Shown: positions 49,623-60,094, counted from the first letter of the stretch. The stretch: DNA of 64,000 bases from an uncultured Actinomycetes bacterium (GCA_963810635.1 CAWEOB010000003.1:44736-108735), one strand, 5' to 3'. The notes: generated from the letters alone by a model not told the origin. Numbers and translations are program-made.

Positions 49623-51392
49623 ATGCGCAGAGTGGTGGTCGCCTGCAGCCTGGTGGCGGGCCTCCTGCTGGTGGGAACCGCCCCGGCTGCGGGGCAGAGC
49701 GCCACCCCCTCACCCGAGCCGAAGGTGACCTTCACCGTCGGCGTCACGTACGACCTCAACTCCGCGAACCCCCTCCGCGCGATCGATGGCAACGAGTGGG
49801 AGCTCCTGGCGTTCCAATACGACGGGTTGGTTAGGTACGCCCAGAAGGACTACGCGCTCGAGCCGGAGATGATCGACAACTGGGAGACGAGCGCCGACGG
49901 ACTCACCTGGACCTTCCAACTGAAGGACGGTCTCACCTGGAGCGACGGTGTGCCGCTCACGGCCCACGACTTCGTATGGACCGCGGACTTCATCATGGAC
50001 AACGACATCGCCGCGTGGACCGACGGCTATCGGTACACGAAGGACATCGTCGCGACCGATGACCGGACCATCGTGTGGACGACGACGCGTCCCTCGCTGG
50101 CCCCCGGGTGGCCCGGCTACAACCTGATGCTGCCGGAGCACATCTGGGGCGGGATGTCGAAGCAGGAGGCCATGAAGTTCCCCAACTTCCCTGACCCGGT
50201 CGTCTCCGGAGCCTTCGAGCTCGCCGAGTGGGAGACGGGGGAGTTCTGGAGGCTGGAGGCGCGCGACGACTACTACGGTGGGGATCCGTTCATCGACGAG
50301 ATCGTCTATCGCGTCTACAAGAGCGACGAAGCGGTGATCCAGGCCCTCCTGAAGGGAGCCATCGACTACACGGCGGTCCCCACCGCGGAGTTCCACGAAC
50401 GGCTCCTGGATGAGCCGAACATCGAATCGGTGGCCATCAGCGCGGAGGCGTTCTATCAACTGTCGTTCAACCTCGCGACCGTTCCCCCTTCGACGGCGGA
50501 TCCGGCCGTGCGCGATCCCGCGTTCCGGCGCGCCGTCGACGCCGCGATCGACAAGGAGACCCTGATCCGGAAGGTGATCGGAGGCTACGGAACACCCGCA
50601 ACCTCGCCGATCGCCGCCGTGTATCCGTTCTGGCATTGGGATCCTCCCCCCGATGAGTTCATCGCCTTCGACCCGGCGGCGTCGCGGGCCATGCTCGACG
50701 AGGCGGGGTACGTCGACACCGACGACGATGGCATCCGAGAGTCACCCGACACCGGTGAGCCGCTCAAGCTGCGGCTGATGGTGTCCGCGGACGATCAGGA
50801 CGGCATCCAGGCCGCCACCTACATCCAGGCGTGGCTCCGTGATGTCGGGATCGACGTCGCGTACCGAACCATGGCCTGGTCGCAGATGCTGGGCGTCTGG
50901 TACGAGTTCGACTGGGACATGTTGATCTCGTCCTGGGGGACCGGACCGGACCCCGACTTCCTCCTGTCGAGTTTCACGACCGGCCAATGCGGCCCGGATC
51001 TGTGGAGCGATACGTGCTACCGCGATCCGGTCTACGACGACCTGTACGCGGAGCAGCAGGTCACGATCGATCCGGATGAGCGTCAGGCGATCGTCCACGA
51101 GATGCAGCAGATCCTCTACCGCGACATGCCCGAGATCCAGCTCTGGTACCCGAACTCGTTCGAGGCGTGGCGGAGCGACCGCTGGACCGGGTTCCTCCCC
51201 TGGCCCGAACCGGACGGCCTGCGCTTCCACGTCTACTCCATCATGAACATCCGTCAGGTTGCGAACGCCGAAGTCGCCGGCCAGGACGCGGGTCCCTCCG
51301 GCGTGATCTGGCTGCTGGGCGTGGGGATCGTGGTCGCCGTGATGCTCATCATGAACATCCGACACCGGCGCGCCGACGCCTACTACGCGTAG
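49623..51392 (+). CDS. Peptide/nickel ABC substrate-binding protein (family 5) with C-terminal TM anchor
   Basis: Signal peptide, SADGLTWTFQLK...WSDGVPLTAHD, C-terminal hydrophobic helix and RHRR tail. Confidence 0.92.
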   Translation: MRRVVVACSLVAGLLLVGTAPAAGQSATPSPEPKVTFTVGVTYDLNSANPLRAIDGNEWELLAFQYDGLVRYAQKDYALEPEMIDNWETSADGLTWTFQLKDGLTWSDGVPLTAHDFVWTADFIMDNDIAAWTDGYRYTKDIVATDDRTIVWTTTRPSLAPGWPGYNLMLPEHIWGGMSKQEAMKFPNFPDPVVSGAFELAEWETGEFWRLEARDDYYGGDPFIDEIVYRVYKSDEAVIQALLKGAIDYTAVPTAEFHERLLDEPNIESVAISAEAFYQLSFNLATVPPSTADPAVRDPAFRRAVDAAIDKETLIRKVIGGYGTPATSPIAAVYPFWHWDPPPDEFIAFDPAASRAMLDEAGYVDTDDDGIRESPDTGEPLKLRLMVSADDQDGIQAATYIQAWLRDVGIDVAYRTMAWSQMLGVWYEFDWDMLISSWGTGPDPDFLLSSFTTGQCGPDLWSDTCYRDPVYDDLYAEQQVTIDPDERQAIVHEMQQILYRDMPEIQLWYPNSFEAWRSDRWTGFLPWPEPDGLRFHVYSIMNIRQVANAEVAGQDAGPSGVIWLLGVGIVVAVMLIMNIRHRRADAYYA

Positions 51393-51400
51393 GGGATCGG

Positions 51401-52381
51401 GTGGGCGGCTGGCGGTTCGTGCTCCGGAAGGTCCTCGAAGCGCTGTTCACCCTCGTGTTCGTGCTGATCTTCAACTTCTTCCTGTTCCGCATCATGCCGA
51501 GCGATCCGATCAGGATCCTGACGCGCCAGCGTGGGGTCCGGTTGTCGCCCGACGCCCAGGCCGCGCTGGCGCACGAGCTCGGACTCGATCGGGCGTTGCC
51601 GGCGCAGTTCGTGGGCTACGTCAAGGATCTCTTCCGCGGTGACCTCGGCGAGACGTTCATCTACCGGGGGCAGAGCGTGATGTCGATCTTCCTGCGGTTC
51701 CTGTGGCCGACCGTCCTGCTCGTGGGAACGGCAACCGTGCTCATGATCGCGATCGGCCTCTACCTGGGGATCCGCGGCGGGTGGACCCGCGGGAGCCGGC
51801 TGGATCGGGCTTCCATGGGTCTCTCGCTCACGTTCTATTCGACCCCCGACTTCTGGCTCGCGATGATGTTGTTGATCGTGTTCTCCACGGCCCTCGGGTG
51901 GTTCCCGTCGGGTGGGTACGCGACACCGAACACGGATCTGACCGGATCCGCTCACCTGATCGATGTCCTGAACCACCTCGTCCTCCCGGTGGGGACGCTC
52001 ACCCTCGGCTACGTCGGCGAGTACTACTTGGTGATGCGCTCGTCCCTGCTCGATGTCATGGGCGAGGAGTACCTGACGGCGGTCCGGGCGAAAGGCATCC
52101 GTGAAGAGCGGGTGCTCTGGCGTCACGCCGCACGGAACGCGCTCTTGCCGTCGATCTCGCTCATCGCGTTGTCGTTCGGCTTCATCATCGGCGGCGCCAT
52201 CACCGTCGAGCTGGTGTTCTCATACCCGGGCCTCGGCCTCTTGACGATCCAGGCACTCGACGCGCAGGACTACTGGCTGCTCCAGGGACTCTTCCTGTTC
52301 TTCACGCTCGCCGTCCTGGTGTCGAACCTCATCGCCGACCTCCTGTACGGCTACCTCGACCCCCGGGTGCGGGAGGCGTAG
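51401..52381 (+). CDS. DppB/OppB-like permease
   Basis: GDLG, HLVLP, RAKG...HAARNALLP, ELVFSYPGLG, YLDPRV. Confidence 0.93.
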   Translation: MGGWRFVLRKVLEALFTLVFVLIFNFFLFRIMPSDPIRILTRQRGVRLSPDAQAALAHELGLDRALPAQFVGYVKDLFRGDLGETFIYRGQSVMSIFLRFLWPTVLLVGTATVLMIAIGLYLGIRGGWTRGSRLDRASMGLSLTFYSTPDFWLAMMLLIVFSTALGWFPSGGYATPNTDLTGSAHLIDVLNHLVLPVGTLTLGYVGEYYLVMRSSLLDVMGEEYLTAVRAKGIREERVLWRHAARNALLPSISLIALSFGFIIGGAITVELVFSYPGLGLLTIQALDAQDYWLLQGLFLFFTLAVLVSNLIADLLYGYLDPRVREA

Positions 52382-52384
52382 CCG

Positions 52385-53320
52385 ATGGCCGTCGTCCGCT
52401 CGGAGCACCCCACCGACGAGCCGTTCTCGCCGGGGAACCCCAAGGAGATCGATCGTCACCGCCGCCGGGCGTCGCGCGCCCGTGTCTGGGCGCTCTACCG
52501 CTCCAGCGCGATGGGGATCGCCGGACTCATCATCCTGATCGCGTTCGTGCTGACCGCGCTCCTCGCGCCCCTCCTCGTCGACTCGGACGCGCTCGACGTG
52601 ACGAAGGTGGAAGGCCCGCCGCTCGCCGCGCCCTCGTGGGAGTACCCCTTCGGGACCGACGAGGCGGGACGGTCCGTCCTCGACCTGGTGATCTGGGGTT
52701 CGAGGATCTCGCTCACCGTCGGTCTGCTGGCGGCGGTCGTGTCGATGAGCGTCGGCTCCGCGATCGGGATCTTCGCCGGGTACCGGGGCGGCCCCTGGGA
52801 CTCGGCACTCATGCGCTTCACCGACTGGTTCCTCGTGCTCCCGTTGATCCCCTTGCTCATCGTCCTGTCCGGCGTGCTCGGTCAGTCGACGGTCATGATC
52901 GTGCTCGTGATCGGCCTCACGTCGTGGCCATGGACCACGCGGCTCGTCCGCAGCCAGACGCTCTCCGTCAAGGAGCGGCCCTACATCGAACGGGCGCGAG
53001 GGCTCGGGGCGAAGGACCGCCACCTGATCGCGAAGCACGTCCTGCCGAATGTCTTCCCGGTGATCTTCGCCAACACCATCCTCCAGGTCGCGCTGATGAT
53101 CCTGCTGGAGTCCACCCTGTCGTTCATCGGGCTCGGGAACCCGACCTCGGTCTCGTGGGGCTCCACGCTCGAGAAGGCGTTCGCCGCAGGGGCGCCCACC
53201 CTCGGTGCGTGGTGGTGGATCGGTTACCCGGGCCTCTGCATCGTGCTCGTGGTGCTCGCGTTCACGATGTGCGGGAACGCGCTCGAGGAGATCCTGAACC
53301 CGAGGTTGCAGCAACGATGA
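52385..53320 (+). CDS. DppC/OppC-like permease
   Basis: PFGTDEAGR, GSRISL, HVLPN, LSFIGLG, NPR. Confidence 0.93.
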   Translation: MAVVRSEHPTDEPFSPGNPKEIDRHRRRASRARVWALYRSSAMGIAGLIILIAFVLTALLAPLLVDSDALDVTKVEGPPLAAPSWEYPFGTDEAGRSVLDLVIWGSRISLTVGLLAAVVSMSVGSAIGIFAGYRGGPWDSALMRFTDWFLVLPLIPLLIVLSGVLGQSTVMIVLVIGLTSWPWTTRLVRSQTLSVKERPYIERARGLGAKDRHLIAKHVLPNVFPVIFANTILQVALMILLESTLSFIGLGNPTSVSWGSTLEKAFAAGAPTLGAWWWIGYPGLCIVLVVLAFTMCGNALEEILNPRLQQR

Positions 53321-54300
53321 GTGTGCTCGACGTGCGGGACCTCACCGTCACCTATCGCACCCGGGAGGGCCCGTCGCCGGCCGTCCGCGGGGTGAGCTTC
53401 GCGATCGACCGGGGACGGGTGCTCGGGCTGGCCGGCGAGTCGGGCTGCGGGAAGTCCACGATCGCCCTCGCGCTCCTGCGGCTGCTCCCACGCGGCACCA
53501 CCGTGTCCGGCCGTGTGCTCCTCGATGGACAGGACGTCCTCGCGATGGATCCCGGCGCCGTCGGCGCGGTGCGTTGGACGCAGGAGTCCATCATCTTCCA
53601 AGGAGCGCAGCACGCGCTGGATCCGGTCGTCCGGATCGGAGAGCAGATCATCGAGCCGATCCTCGCGCACAACGTGGCGACCCGACGCGAGGCGACCGTC
53701 CGTGCCGGGGACCTCCTGGAGCGGGTGGGGATCCCGCCCCGCCGCGCCGGCGATTTCCCGCACGAGTTCTCGGGCGGCCAGAAGCAACGGGTCGTGATCG
53801 CCATGGCTCTCGCCTGTTCCCCCGACATCGTGATCGCCGATGAACCGACCACGGCCCTCGACGTCATGGTGCAGGCGCAGATCCTGCAGCTGCTCCAGTC
53901 GCTCCGCGACGACCTGGGCCTCTCGATGCTCTTCATCACGCATGACCTCTCGGTGCTCGTGGATGTCAGCGACCGGCTCGCCGTGATGTACGCGGGACGT
54001 CTCGTCGAGGAGGGACCCGCGAAGCTGGTCTTCACCGATCCGCAGCACCCGTACACGAAGGCGCTCGCAGCGGCGTTCCCGGCGGTCGGGGACGAGCGGT
54101 TCGTCCAGGCGCCGTCCGGGCTGCCGGGCGATCCGCCGGATCCTCGCGAGCTGCCGAGCGGCTGCACGTTCCATCCGCGGTGCGCCGTGGCTTTCGATCG
54201 GTGTCCGAAGGAGGATCCGGCGCTCCTCGAAGCGGGAGAGGGTCGGCGGGCGGCCTGCCTCCTGGTCCAGTCCGGTCCTGAGCGGGGGTCGAAGCGGTGA
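53317..54300 (+). CDS. DppD/OppD-like ATPase
   Basis: GESGCGKS, FSGGQKQR, IADEPTTALD, HPYT, C-terminal CTFHPRC. Confidence 0.94.
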   Translation: MSVLDVRDLTVTYRTREGPSPAVRGVSFAIDRGRVLGLAGESGCGKSTIALALLRLLPRGTTVSGRVLLDGQDVLAMDPGAVGAVRWTQESIIFQGAQHALDPVVRIGEQIIEPILAHNVATRREATVRAGDLLERVGIPPRRAGDFPHEFSGGQKQRVVIAMALACSPDIVIADEPTTALDVMVQAQILQLLQSLRDDLGLSMLFITHDLSVLVDVSDRLAVMYAGRLVEEGPAKLVFTDPQHPYTKALAAAFPAVGDERFVQAPSGLPGDPPDPRELPSGCTFHPRCAVAFDRCPKEDPALLEAGEGRRAACLLVQSGPERGSKR

Positions 54301-55349
54301 CCGACACGCTCGCGACATCTCCGGAACAGGTCCCCGCCAGGAGCGGTTCCCCGCTGCTGGAGGTGCGGGGACTCCACGTGAGCTTCGCGCCCCGCCGATC
54401 CTTCCTGGGTCATGACGACGACGCCGTCGCCCGTGCGGTCGATGGGGTCGACCTGTCGCTCGCGGAGGGCGAGATCGTGGCGCTCGCGGGTGAGTCGGGA
54501 TGCGGCAAGACCACGCTCGCCCGTTCGATCATGGGGTTCGTGACGCCCAACGCAGGCGAGATCCTGTTCGAGGGGGCGTCGATCCGGAAGGACCTGCGCG
54601 CGTATCGCCGGAAGGTCCAGATGGTCTACCAGGACCCGACGGGCTCGCTGAACCCGCGTCAGACGATCTACGACTCCGTGGCCGAGGGACCTCGGATCCA
54701 CAAGCTCCCGGAGCACGAGCAGGAGATCGTGACCCGGGCGCTCGCCCGGGCGGGTCTCCGACCGCCGGAGCGGTTCTTCACTAGGTTCCCGCACGAGCTC
54801 TCGGGCGGACAGCGGCAGCGGGTGGTGATCGCGGGGGCACTCGCGCTGGAGCCGAGGGTGATCATCGCGGACGAGCCGGTCTCGAACCTCGATGCGTCGG
54901 TGCGAGGAGAGATCCTGCGGCTCCTCCTGGATCTGCGCGCATCCTCGAAGATCTCGATCCTGATCGTGACGCACGACCTGGGTCTCGCGTGGATGGTGGC
55001 GGACCGTGTGGCGGTGATGTACCTGGGGAGGATCGTCGAGGTGGGACCCACGCGGGACGTGCTCACCGATCCCCGACACCCGTACACGAGGGCCTTGCTC
55101 GACGTGGTGCCGGAAGGGGAGCGTGGCAGCAGGGGGTACAACCTGCTCACGGGTGAGCCGCCCGACCCCACGAAGATCCCCGCCGGCTGCCGCTTCCACC
55201 CTCGGTGTCCGGCGCTCGCCGATGGCAGGGCCACCGCCGCAGGTCTGGAGTCCCGATGCCGTGGCGAGGACCTCGGCCTCGAGGTGAAGGCGCCGAACCA
55301 TCGAGCCGCCTGCCACCTCGCGATCCCGGACACGCCGCCGGTAGGATAG
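54297..55349 (+). CDS. DppF/OppF-like ATPase
   Basis: GESGCGKT, LSGGQRQR, ADEPVSNLD, CRFHPRC. Confidence 0.94.
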   Translation: MTDTLATSPEQVPARSGSPLLEVRGLHVSFAPRRSFLGHDDDAVARAVDGVDLSLAEGEIVALAGESGCGKTTLARSIMGFVTPNAGEILFEGASIRKDLRAYRRKVQMVYQDPTGSLNPRQTIYDSVAEGPRIHKLPEHEQEIVTRALARAGLRPPERFFTRFPHELSGGQRQRVVIAGALALEPRVIIADEPVSNLDASVRGEILRLLLDLRASSKISILIVTHDLGLAWMVADRVAVMYLGRIVEVGPTRDVLTDPRHPYTRALLDVVPEGERGSRGYNLLTGEPPDPTKIPAGCRFHPRCPALADGRATAAGLESRCRGEDLGLEVKAPNHRAACHLAIPDTPPVG

Positions 55350-55355
55350 GTACCC

Positions 55356-56546
55356 ATGTCCGAGACTCAGGTCCGGCCCGCGTTCCAGAGCTCCGAGACC
55401 ATGAACCTCGTTCGTGGCGGCGGCGTCGACATCATCCCCGCCGGCCGGTTCGCGACCGAGGAGATGATCCTCAACATCGGCCCGCAGCACCCGTCGACCC
55501 ACGGGGTTCTCAGGATCGTGATCGAGCTCGACGGCGAGGTGATCACGCGCGCCGAGCCGGTGATCGGCTACATGCACCGGGGCGCCGAGAAGCTCGCCGA
55601 GTACCGCGACGCCCGCCAGACGCTGGTGCTCATGAACCGCCACGACTGGCTGTCGGCGTTCAACAACGAGCTCGGCTGGACCATCGCCGTCGAACGGCTG
55701 ATGGGCGTCGAGGTTCCGGATCGCGCGCAGTGGATCCGCACGATGTTCGCCGAGTGGAACCGGATCATGAACCACCTCGTGTTCATGGGCTCGTACCCGT
55801 TGGAGCTCGGGGCCATGACGCCGATCTTCTACGCGTTCCGCGAGCGCGAGATGGTGCAGGACCTGGTCGAGTCCGCCACCGGTGCGCGCATGCACCACTC
55901 CTTCGCGCGCGTCGGCGGTTTGAAGGACGACCTGCCGCGCGGGTTCGTGAAGCGCGCCGGCCAGGTCCTCGAGGCCGTCCGTGGTGTCGTCCGTGAGTAC
56001 GAGTCACTCATCATGGGCAACGAGATCGTCTTCGCCCGCTGCCGGGACGTGGGCAACATCCACCGGTCGATCGCGCTGCAGTACGGCTGCTCGGGACCCA
56101 CGGGTCAGGCCTCCGGCGTGGCCATGGACCCCCGGAAGGACGAGCCGTACGAGAAGTACGGCGAGGTGGAGTTCGAGGTTCCGGTCGGTGCCCGAGGTGA
56201 TTCGTACGACCGACTGTGGGTGCTGGTCGAGCGCATCAAGCAGTCATGCAACATCATCGAGCAGTGCCTGGACAAGCTCCCGCCGGGTCCGTACCGCGCG
56301 TCCGGGCTGCCGAAGACCATCAAGATCCCCGAGGGCGAGATCTACGTCCGCACCGAGAACCCGCTCGGCATCATGGGCTACTACGTGGTCGGCAACGGCA
56401 AGAAGGCGCCGTACCGGCTCAAGATGCGCACGGCGAGCTTCTCGAACGTGAGCGTGATCCCGGCGATCCTGCCCGGGACGCTCGTCCCCGATCTCATCGC
56501 CATCCTCGGCTCGATCTTCTTCGTCGTCGGCGACGTCGACAAGTAG
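55356..56546 (+). CDS. nuoD: NADH-quinone oxidoreductase subunit D-like protein, not in a nuo operon
   Basis: NIGPQHPSTHGVLR, GYMHRGAEK, FRERE, TGARM, C-term GDVDK; no CxxC Ni ligands. Confidence 0.9.
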   Translation: MSETQVRPAFQSSETMNLVRGGGVDIIPAGRFATEEMILNIGPQHPSTHGVLRIVIELDGEVITRAEPVIGYMHRGAEKLAEYRDARQTLVLMNRHDWLSAFNNELGWTIAVERLMGVEVPDRAQWIRTMFAEWNRIMNHLVFMGSYPLELGAMTPIFYAFREREMVQDLVESATGARMHHSFARVGGLKDDLPRGFVKRAGQVLEAVRGVVREYESLIMGNEIVFARCRDVGNIHRSIALQYGCSGPTGQASGVAMDPRKDEPYEKYGEVEFEVPVGARGDSYDRLWVLVERIKQSCNIIEQCLDKLPPGPYRASGLPKTIKIPEGEIYVRTENPLGIMGYYVVGNGKKAPYRLKMRTASFSNVSVIPAILPGTLVPDLIAILGSIFFVVGDVDK

Positions 56547-56586
56547 CCAAGTCGGCGTTCGCGGGGACCCGTGTAGGGTCGTCGCC

Positions 56587-56829
56587 ATGGACGACACCGA
56601 CGTCATCACCCGGATCAACCAGCTCGCCGCCGAGGAACACGAGCTCTTCGAGCGCGAAGGTCGCGGGGAAGCCAGCGATGCCGATCGCACGCGGCTGAGT
56701 GAGCTCCAGGTCATGCTCGACCAGTGTTGGGATCTCCTGCACCAACGCCGGGCGCGCGAGGCCGCCGGGCAAGACCCGGATCAAGCTTCGGTGCGTGACG
56801 AGCGGACCGTGGAGGGCTACACGGGCTGA
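56587..56829 (+). CDS. DUF2630 family protein
   Basis: LDQCWDLLHQRRA...VEGY signature. Confidence 0.88.
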   Translation: MDDTDVITRINQLAAEEHELFEREGRGEASDADRTRLSELQVMLDQCWDLLHQRRAREAAGQDPDQASVRDERTVEGYTG

Positions 56830-56874
56830 TCGGACCGAGCGGGACGCGCTGACCCCTCCGGTATCCTCGGGCGC

Positions 56875-58302
56875 ATGGCGCTCCCCAGCTTCTCCGACGA
56901 CTTCCCGGCCTGGTACCAGGACGTGGTCCGTCAGGCCGACCTGGCGGAGAACTCGCTCGCACGCGGCACCATGGTCATCAAGGCCGACGGCTACGCGATC
57001 TGGGAAGCGATCCAGAGCGCGATGGATGCGCGGATCAAGGGGACCGGACACCGGAACGTCTACTTCCCTATGTTCATCCCGGCGAGGCTGATCGAGAAGG
57101 AGAAGGAGCACGTCGAGGGCTTCGCGCCGGAGGTCGCGGTCGTCACGCATGCGGGCGGGAAAGAGCTCGCCGAACCGCTGGTCGTCCGCCCGACGTCCGA
57201 GACCATCATCTGGGACACCTATTCGCGATGGGTGCAGAGCTACCGCGACCTGCCGCTCCTCTACAACCAGTGGTGCAACATCGTCCGCTGGGAGATGCAC
57301 CCGCGCCTGTTCCTACGCACGACCGAGTTCCTCTGGCAGGAAGGTCACACGGCGCACGAGACGGAGCAGGAGGCCTGGGCCGAGGCGAAGCAGATGCTCG
57401 ACGTCTACCGGCAGGTCGCCGAGGACGTGATGGCGATGCCCGTGCACATGGGCCGCAAGACCGCCGCGGAACGGTTCCCGGGCGCGGTGGAGACGCTCAC
57501 CATCGAAGCGCTGATGCGCGATGGCAAGGCGCTGCAGTCCGGCACCTCCCATTACCTGGGAGAGAACTTCGCTCGCGCGTACGACGTGACCTTCCTGGGC
57601 CGCGACGGCGAAGAGCACTACGCCCAGGCCACGTCGTGGGGGTCGTCGACGCGCTTGGTCGGGGGGCTGATCATGGCGCACGGCGACGCGAAGGGCCTGC
57701 GGCTCCCCCCGCTCGTGGCACCCACGCAGGTCGTGATCGTCCCGATCTATCGGACCGACGACGAGCAGGGTCGGGTCCTCGCGGCGGCGGCCGGTCTGGC
57801 CGACGAGTGGCGAGCGGCCGGGCTACGCGTCCGCGTCGACGACCGTGACGACGTGCGCCCGGGGTTCAAGTACGCCGACCATGAGCTGCGCGGGGTGCCG
57901 GTCCGGGTCGAGGTGGGGCCTCGTGACCTGGACGCCGACCAGGTCACGGTCGTCCGTCGGGACACGGCCGAGAAGTCGGCCGTGCCCATGGCAGCGATCG
58001 GTCGGCAGCTCCCCGAGCTGATGACCGAGATCCAACGGTCGCTCTTCGAGGACGCGCTCGCGTTCCGGGAGGCGCACACGCACCCGGTCTCGTCGCTCGC
58101 CGAGCTCCATGAGGTGATCGCCGATGGAGGCGGGTTCGCGATCGGCTCCTGGTGCGGCGATCCCGCCTGCGAAGCGAAGGTGAAGGCGGAGACGAAGGCG
58201 ACGATCCGGTTCCTCCCGCTCGAGACGGAAGAACCGGGGGCAGCGTGCACGGTGTGCGGCCGCCCCGGGACCGAGATCGCCACCTGGGCGATCGCCTACT
58301 GA
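56875..58302 (+). CDS. proS: Proline--tRNA ligase, archaeal/eukaryotic type (no INS editing domain)
   Basis: EKEHVEGFAPE, RPTSET, FLRTTEFLWQEGHTAH, LQSGTSHYLG, C-terminal AIAY. Confidence 0.96.
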   Translation: MALPSFSDDFPAWYQDVVRQADLAENSLARGTMVIKADGYAIWEAIQSAMDARIKGTGHRNVYFPMFIPARLIEKEKEHVEGFAPEVAVVTHAGGKELAEPLVVRPTSETIIWDTYSRWVQSYRDLPLLYNQWCNIVRWEMHPRLFLRTTEFLWQEGHTAHETEQEAWAEAKQMLDVYRQVAEDVMAMPVHMGRKTAAERFPGAVETLTIEALMRDGKALQSGTSHYLGENFARAYDVTFLGRDGEEHYAQATSWGSSTRLVGGLIMAHGDAKGLRLPPLVAPTQVVIVPIYRTDDEQGRVLAAAAGLADEWRAAGLRVRVDDRDDVRPGFKYADHELRGVPVRVEVGPRDLDADQVTVVRRDTAEKSAVPMAAIGRQLPELMTEIQRSLFEDALAFREAHTHPVSSLAELHEVIADGGGFAIGSWCGDPACEAKVKAETKATIRFLPLETEEPGAACTVCGRPGTEIATWAIAY

Positions 58303-59354
58303 CGCGCCCGCGCTTCCTCCAGCCAGGCCGGGGCGGGGAGCCCCGGCGTGGCGAGCACCAGCCATCGGAACCGTCCGAGCCCGCCGGGGTCGGCCAGGAG
58401 GGTGGCGCGCGAACGTCCGGACCACGTCCGGACGGCCGCCGCCCCTTCGCGGGCCTCGAGCTCCTCGTGCTGGCGTGACAGCTCCTCGCGCAGCCATCGC
58501 TCGAGCCCGAGCGCCATCAGCGCATCGTGCTGGGAGACGAGGGGGAAAGCCTGAAGGCCGGCGGCCCGTGCCCGGGCCGCGACGGCGTCGAAGTCGACCC
58601 CTGCCGTGATGTCGGTCTCGCCCGGAGCGGTCGAGGACATCGGCCACCACGCGGTGGGCCCGGTAGCCGTGGACCTCGCCGGACGGTCCGGCATCGCCGT
58701 AGTCGATCAGCACGGCGTAGCCGTTCGGTCGCAGGGTTCCGGCGAGCCGCCCGATGAACGTCTGGATGCCGACCGGCACCACGATGTCGCCGGCGGGAAC
58801 CGTTCCGGGGAGCATCGAGCGCAGCTCGTCGTCCGCGTCCATCTCGAGCGTGACGAGGCGGTCGCCGTCGAGGCCGACCCGCATCTCCTTGCCCGTCGCG
58901 CACGACCCGGAAGGGGAGGTTGTCGAGGAGCTCGTTCGCGATCAGCACGTGGGTGTCGACCCGAAGCTCGCTCCACGGCGACGACACCCGCGACCCGGGC
59001 GAGCTCCTCCCGGGCCGTCGCGCCGAGCTCCACCCCCGTGTACGTCGAGGGAACGTCCGCCAGCGCGTCGAGCAGCTGCCGTGCGAGGGTCCCGTCGCCG
59101 GCCCCCACCTCCGCGATCTTGAGCGGGTCGGGTCGTCCGAGGGCTTCCCAGAGGTGGCGGACCGCACGACCGAGCAGCTCCCCGAACACGGGATGGACGT
59201 GGGGACTCGTGACGAAGTCGCCGTCGGTCCCTACCGGCGTGCCGGTGTAGAACCCGCCGGACCCGTACAGGGCGCGCTCCATGAACTCGGCGACCGTGAT
59301 CGGGCCGTGGTCACGGATGGCGTCGTGGATCGCCCGGCTGGCTCCTTCGGTCAC
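58296..59354 (-). CDS. NDUFAF7/MidA (DUF185) SAM-dependent methyltransferase; frameshifts near 58965, 58890 and 58627
   Basis: FMERALY, GDFVTSP, EVGAGDGTLA, ANELLDNLPF, IDYG, DITAGVDF, Q..AL..LG spread over several frames. Confidence 0.82.
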
Positions 59355-59444
59355 GCTCCGAGTATGGGACGGGGCCACGATGACGCCACCCCGCGGCTCC
59401 GACGCCGAGGCGATCCGACGGAGAGCGCCTGGGAGGATGGGGAC

Positions 59445-60093
59445 GTGAGCGATGCGCCGATCCGCCGGGCTGCCTCCGTCATCTGCGTGCGCGAGGGCGG
59501 CGGAGGTCCCGAGGTGCTCGTGGTCGAACGGAGCCTCGAGAGTCGTTTCCTCCCCGGCTACGTCGCGTTCCCCGGCGGGGCGGTGGAGGATGCGGACGCG
59601 GAGCACGCGGAGCGGTGGTTCGGCTCCGCCGGCGAGGCACCACGTGCCGCGGCGATCCGCGAGCTGCTCGAGGAGGTGGGCCTCGTGCTGAACGCGGATG
59701 GACTCGGGGCAACGGAGGGAGCCGATCCGCTCGCTCGGGTGCACGCGGCACCGCCGACCACGCGGCAGCTGCCGGAGATGGCGCACTGGATCGCCCCACC
59801 GGCCGTCCCGGTCCGGTTCGATGCGCGCTACTTCGCGGTCTCCGGCGAGGGCTGCCGTGACGCCGGTTCCCGACGGCGTGGAGGCGTCCGACGCCTGGTG
59901 GATCTCGCCTCGCCAGCTGCTGGCCGAGTGGGAGCGTGCGGAGCGGAAGCTCTACTGGCCGACGTTCGTTACCGTCCGACATCTCGCGGCGTGCGGGTCG
60001 GCCGACGACGTCCTCTCGCTCCGGTTCGAGACACGTGAGCCCAACGACGAGGAGATCGCCACGCTCCCCCGGTCCGTGATGGAGCAGGACTGA
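59445..60093 (+). CDS. NUDIX hydrolase; frameshift near 59855
   Basis: AASVI, FPGGAVE, AAIRELLEEVG, HWIAP, RFDARYF. Confidence 0.85.
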
Positions 60094-60094
60094 C

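Noticed and set aside
55356-56546. Group 4 hydrogenase large subunit
   Set aside because: No CxxC Ni ligands at either end; motifs are NuoD-type
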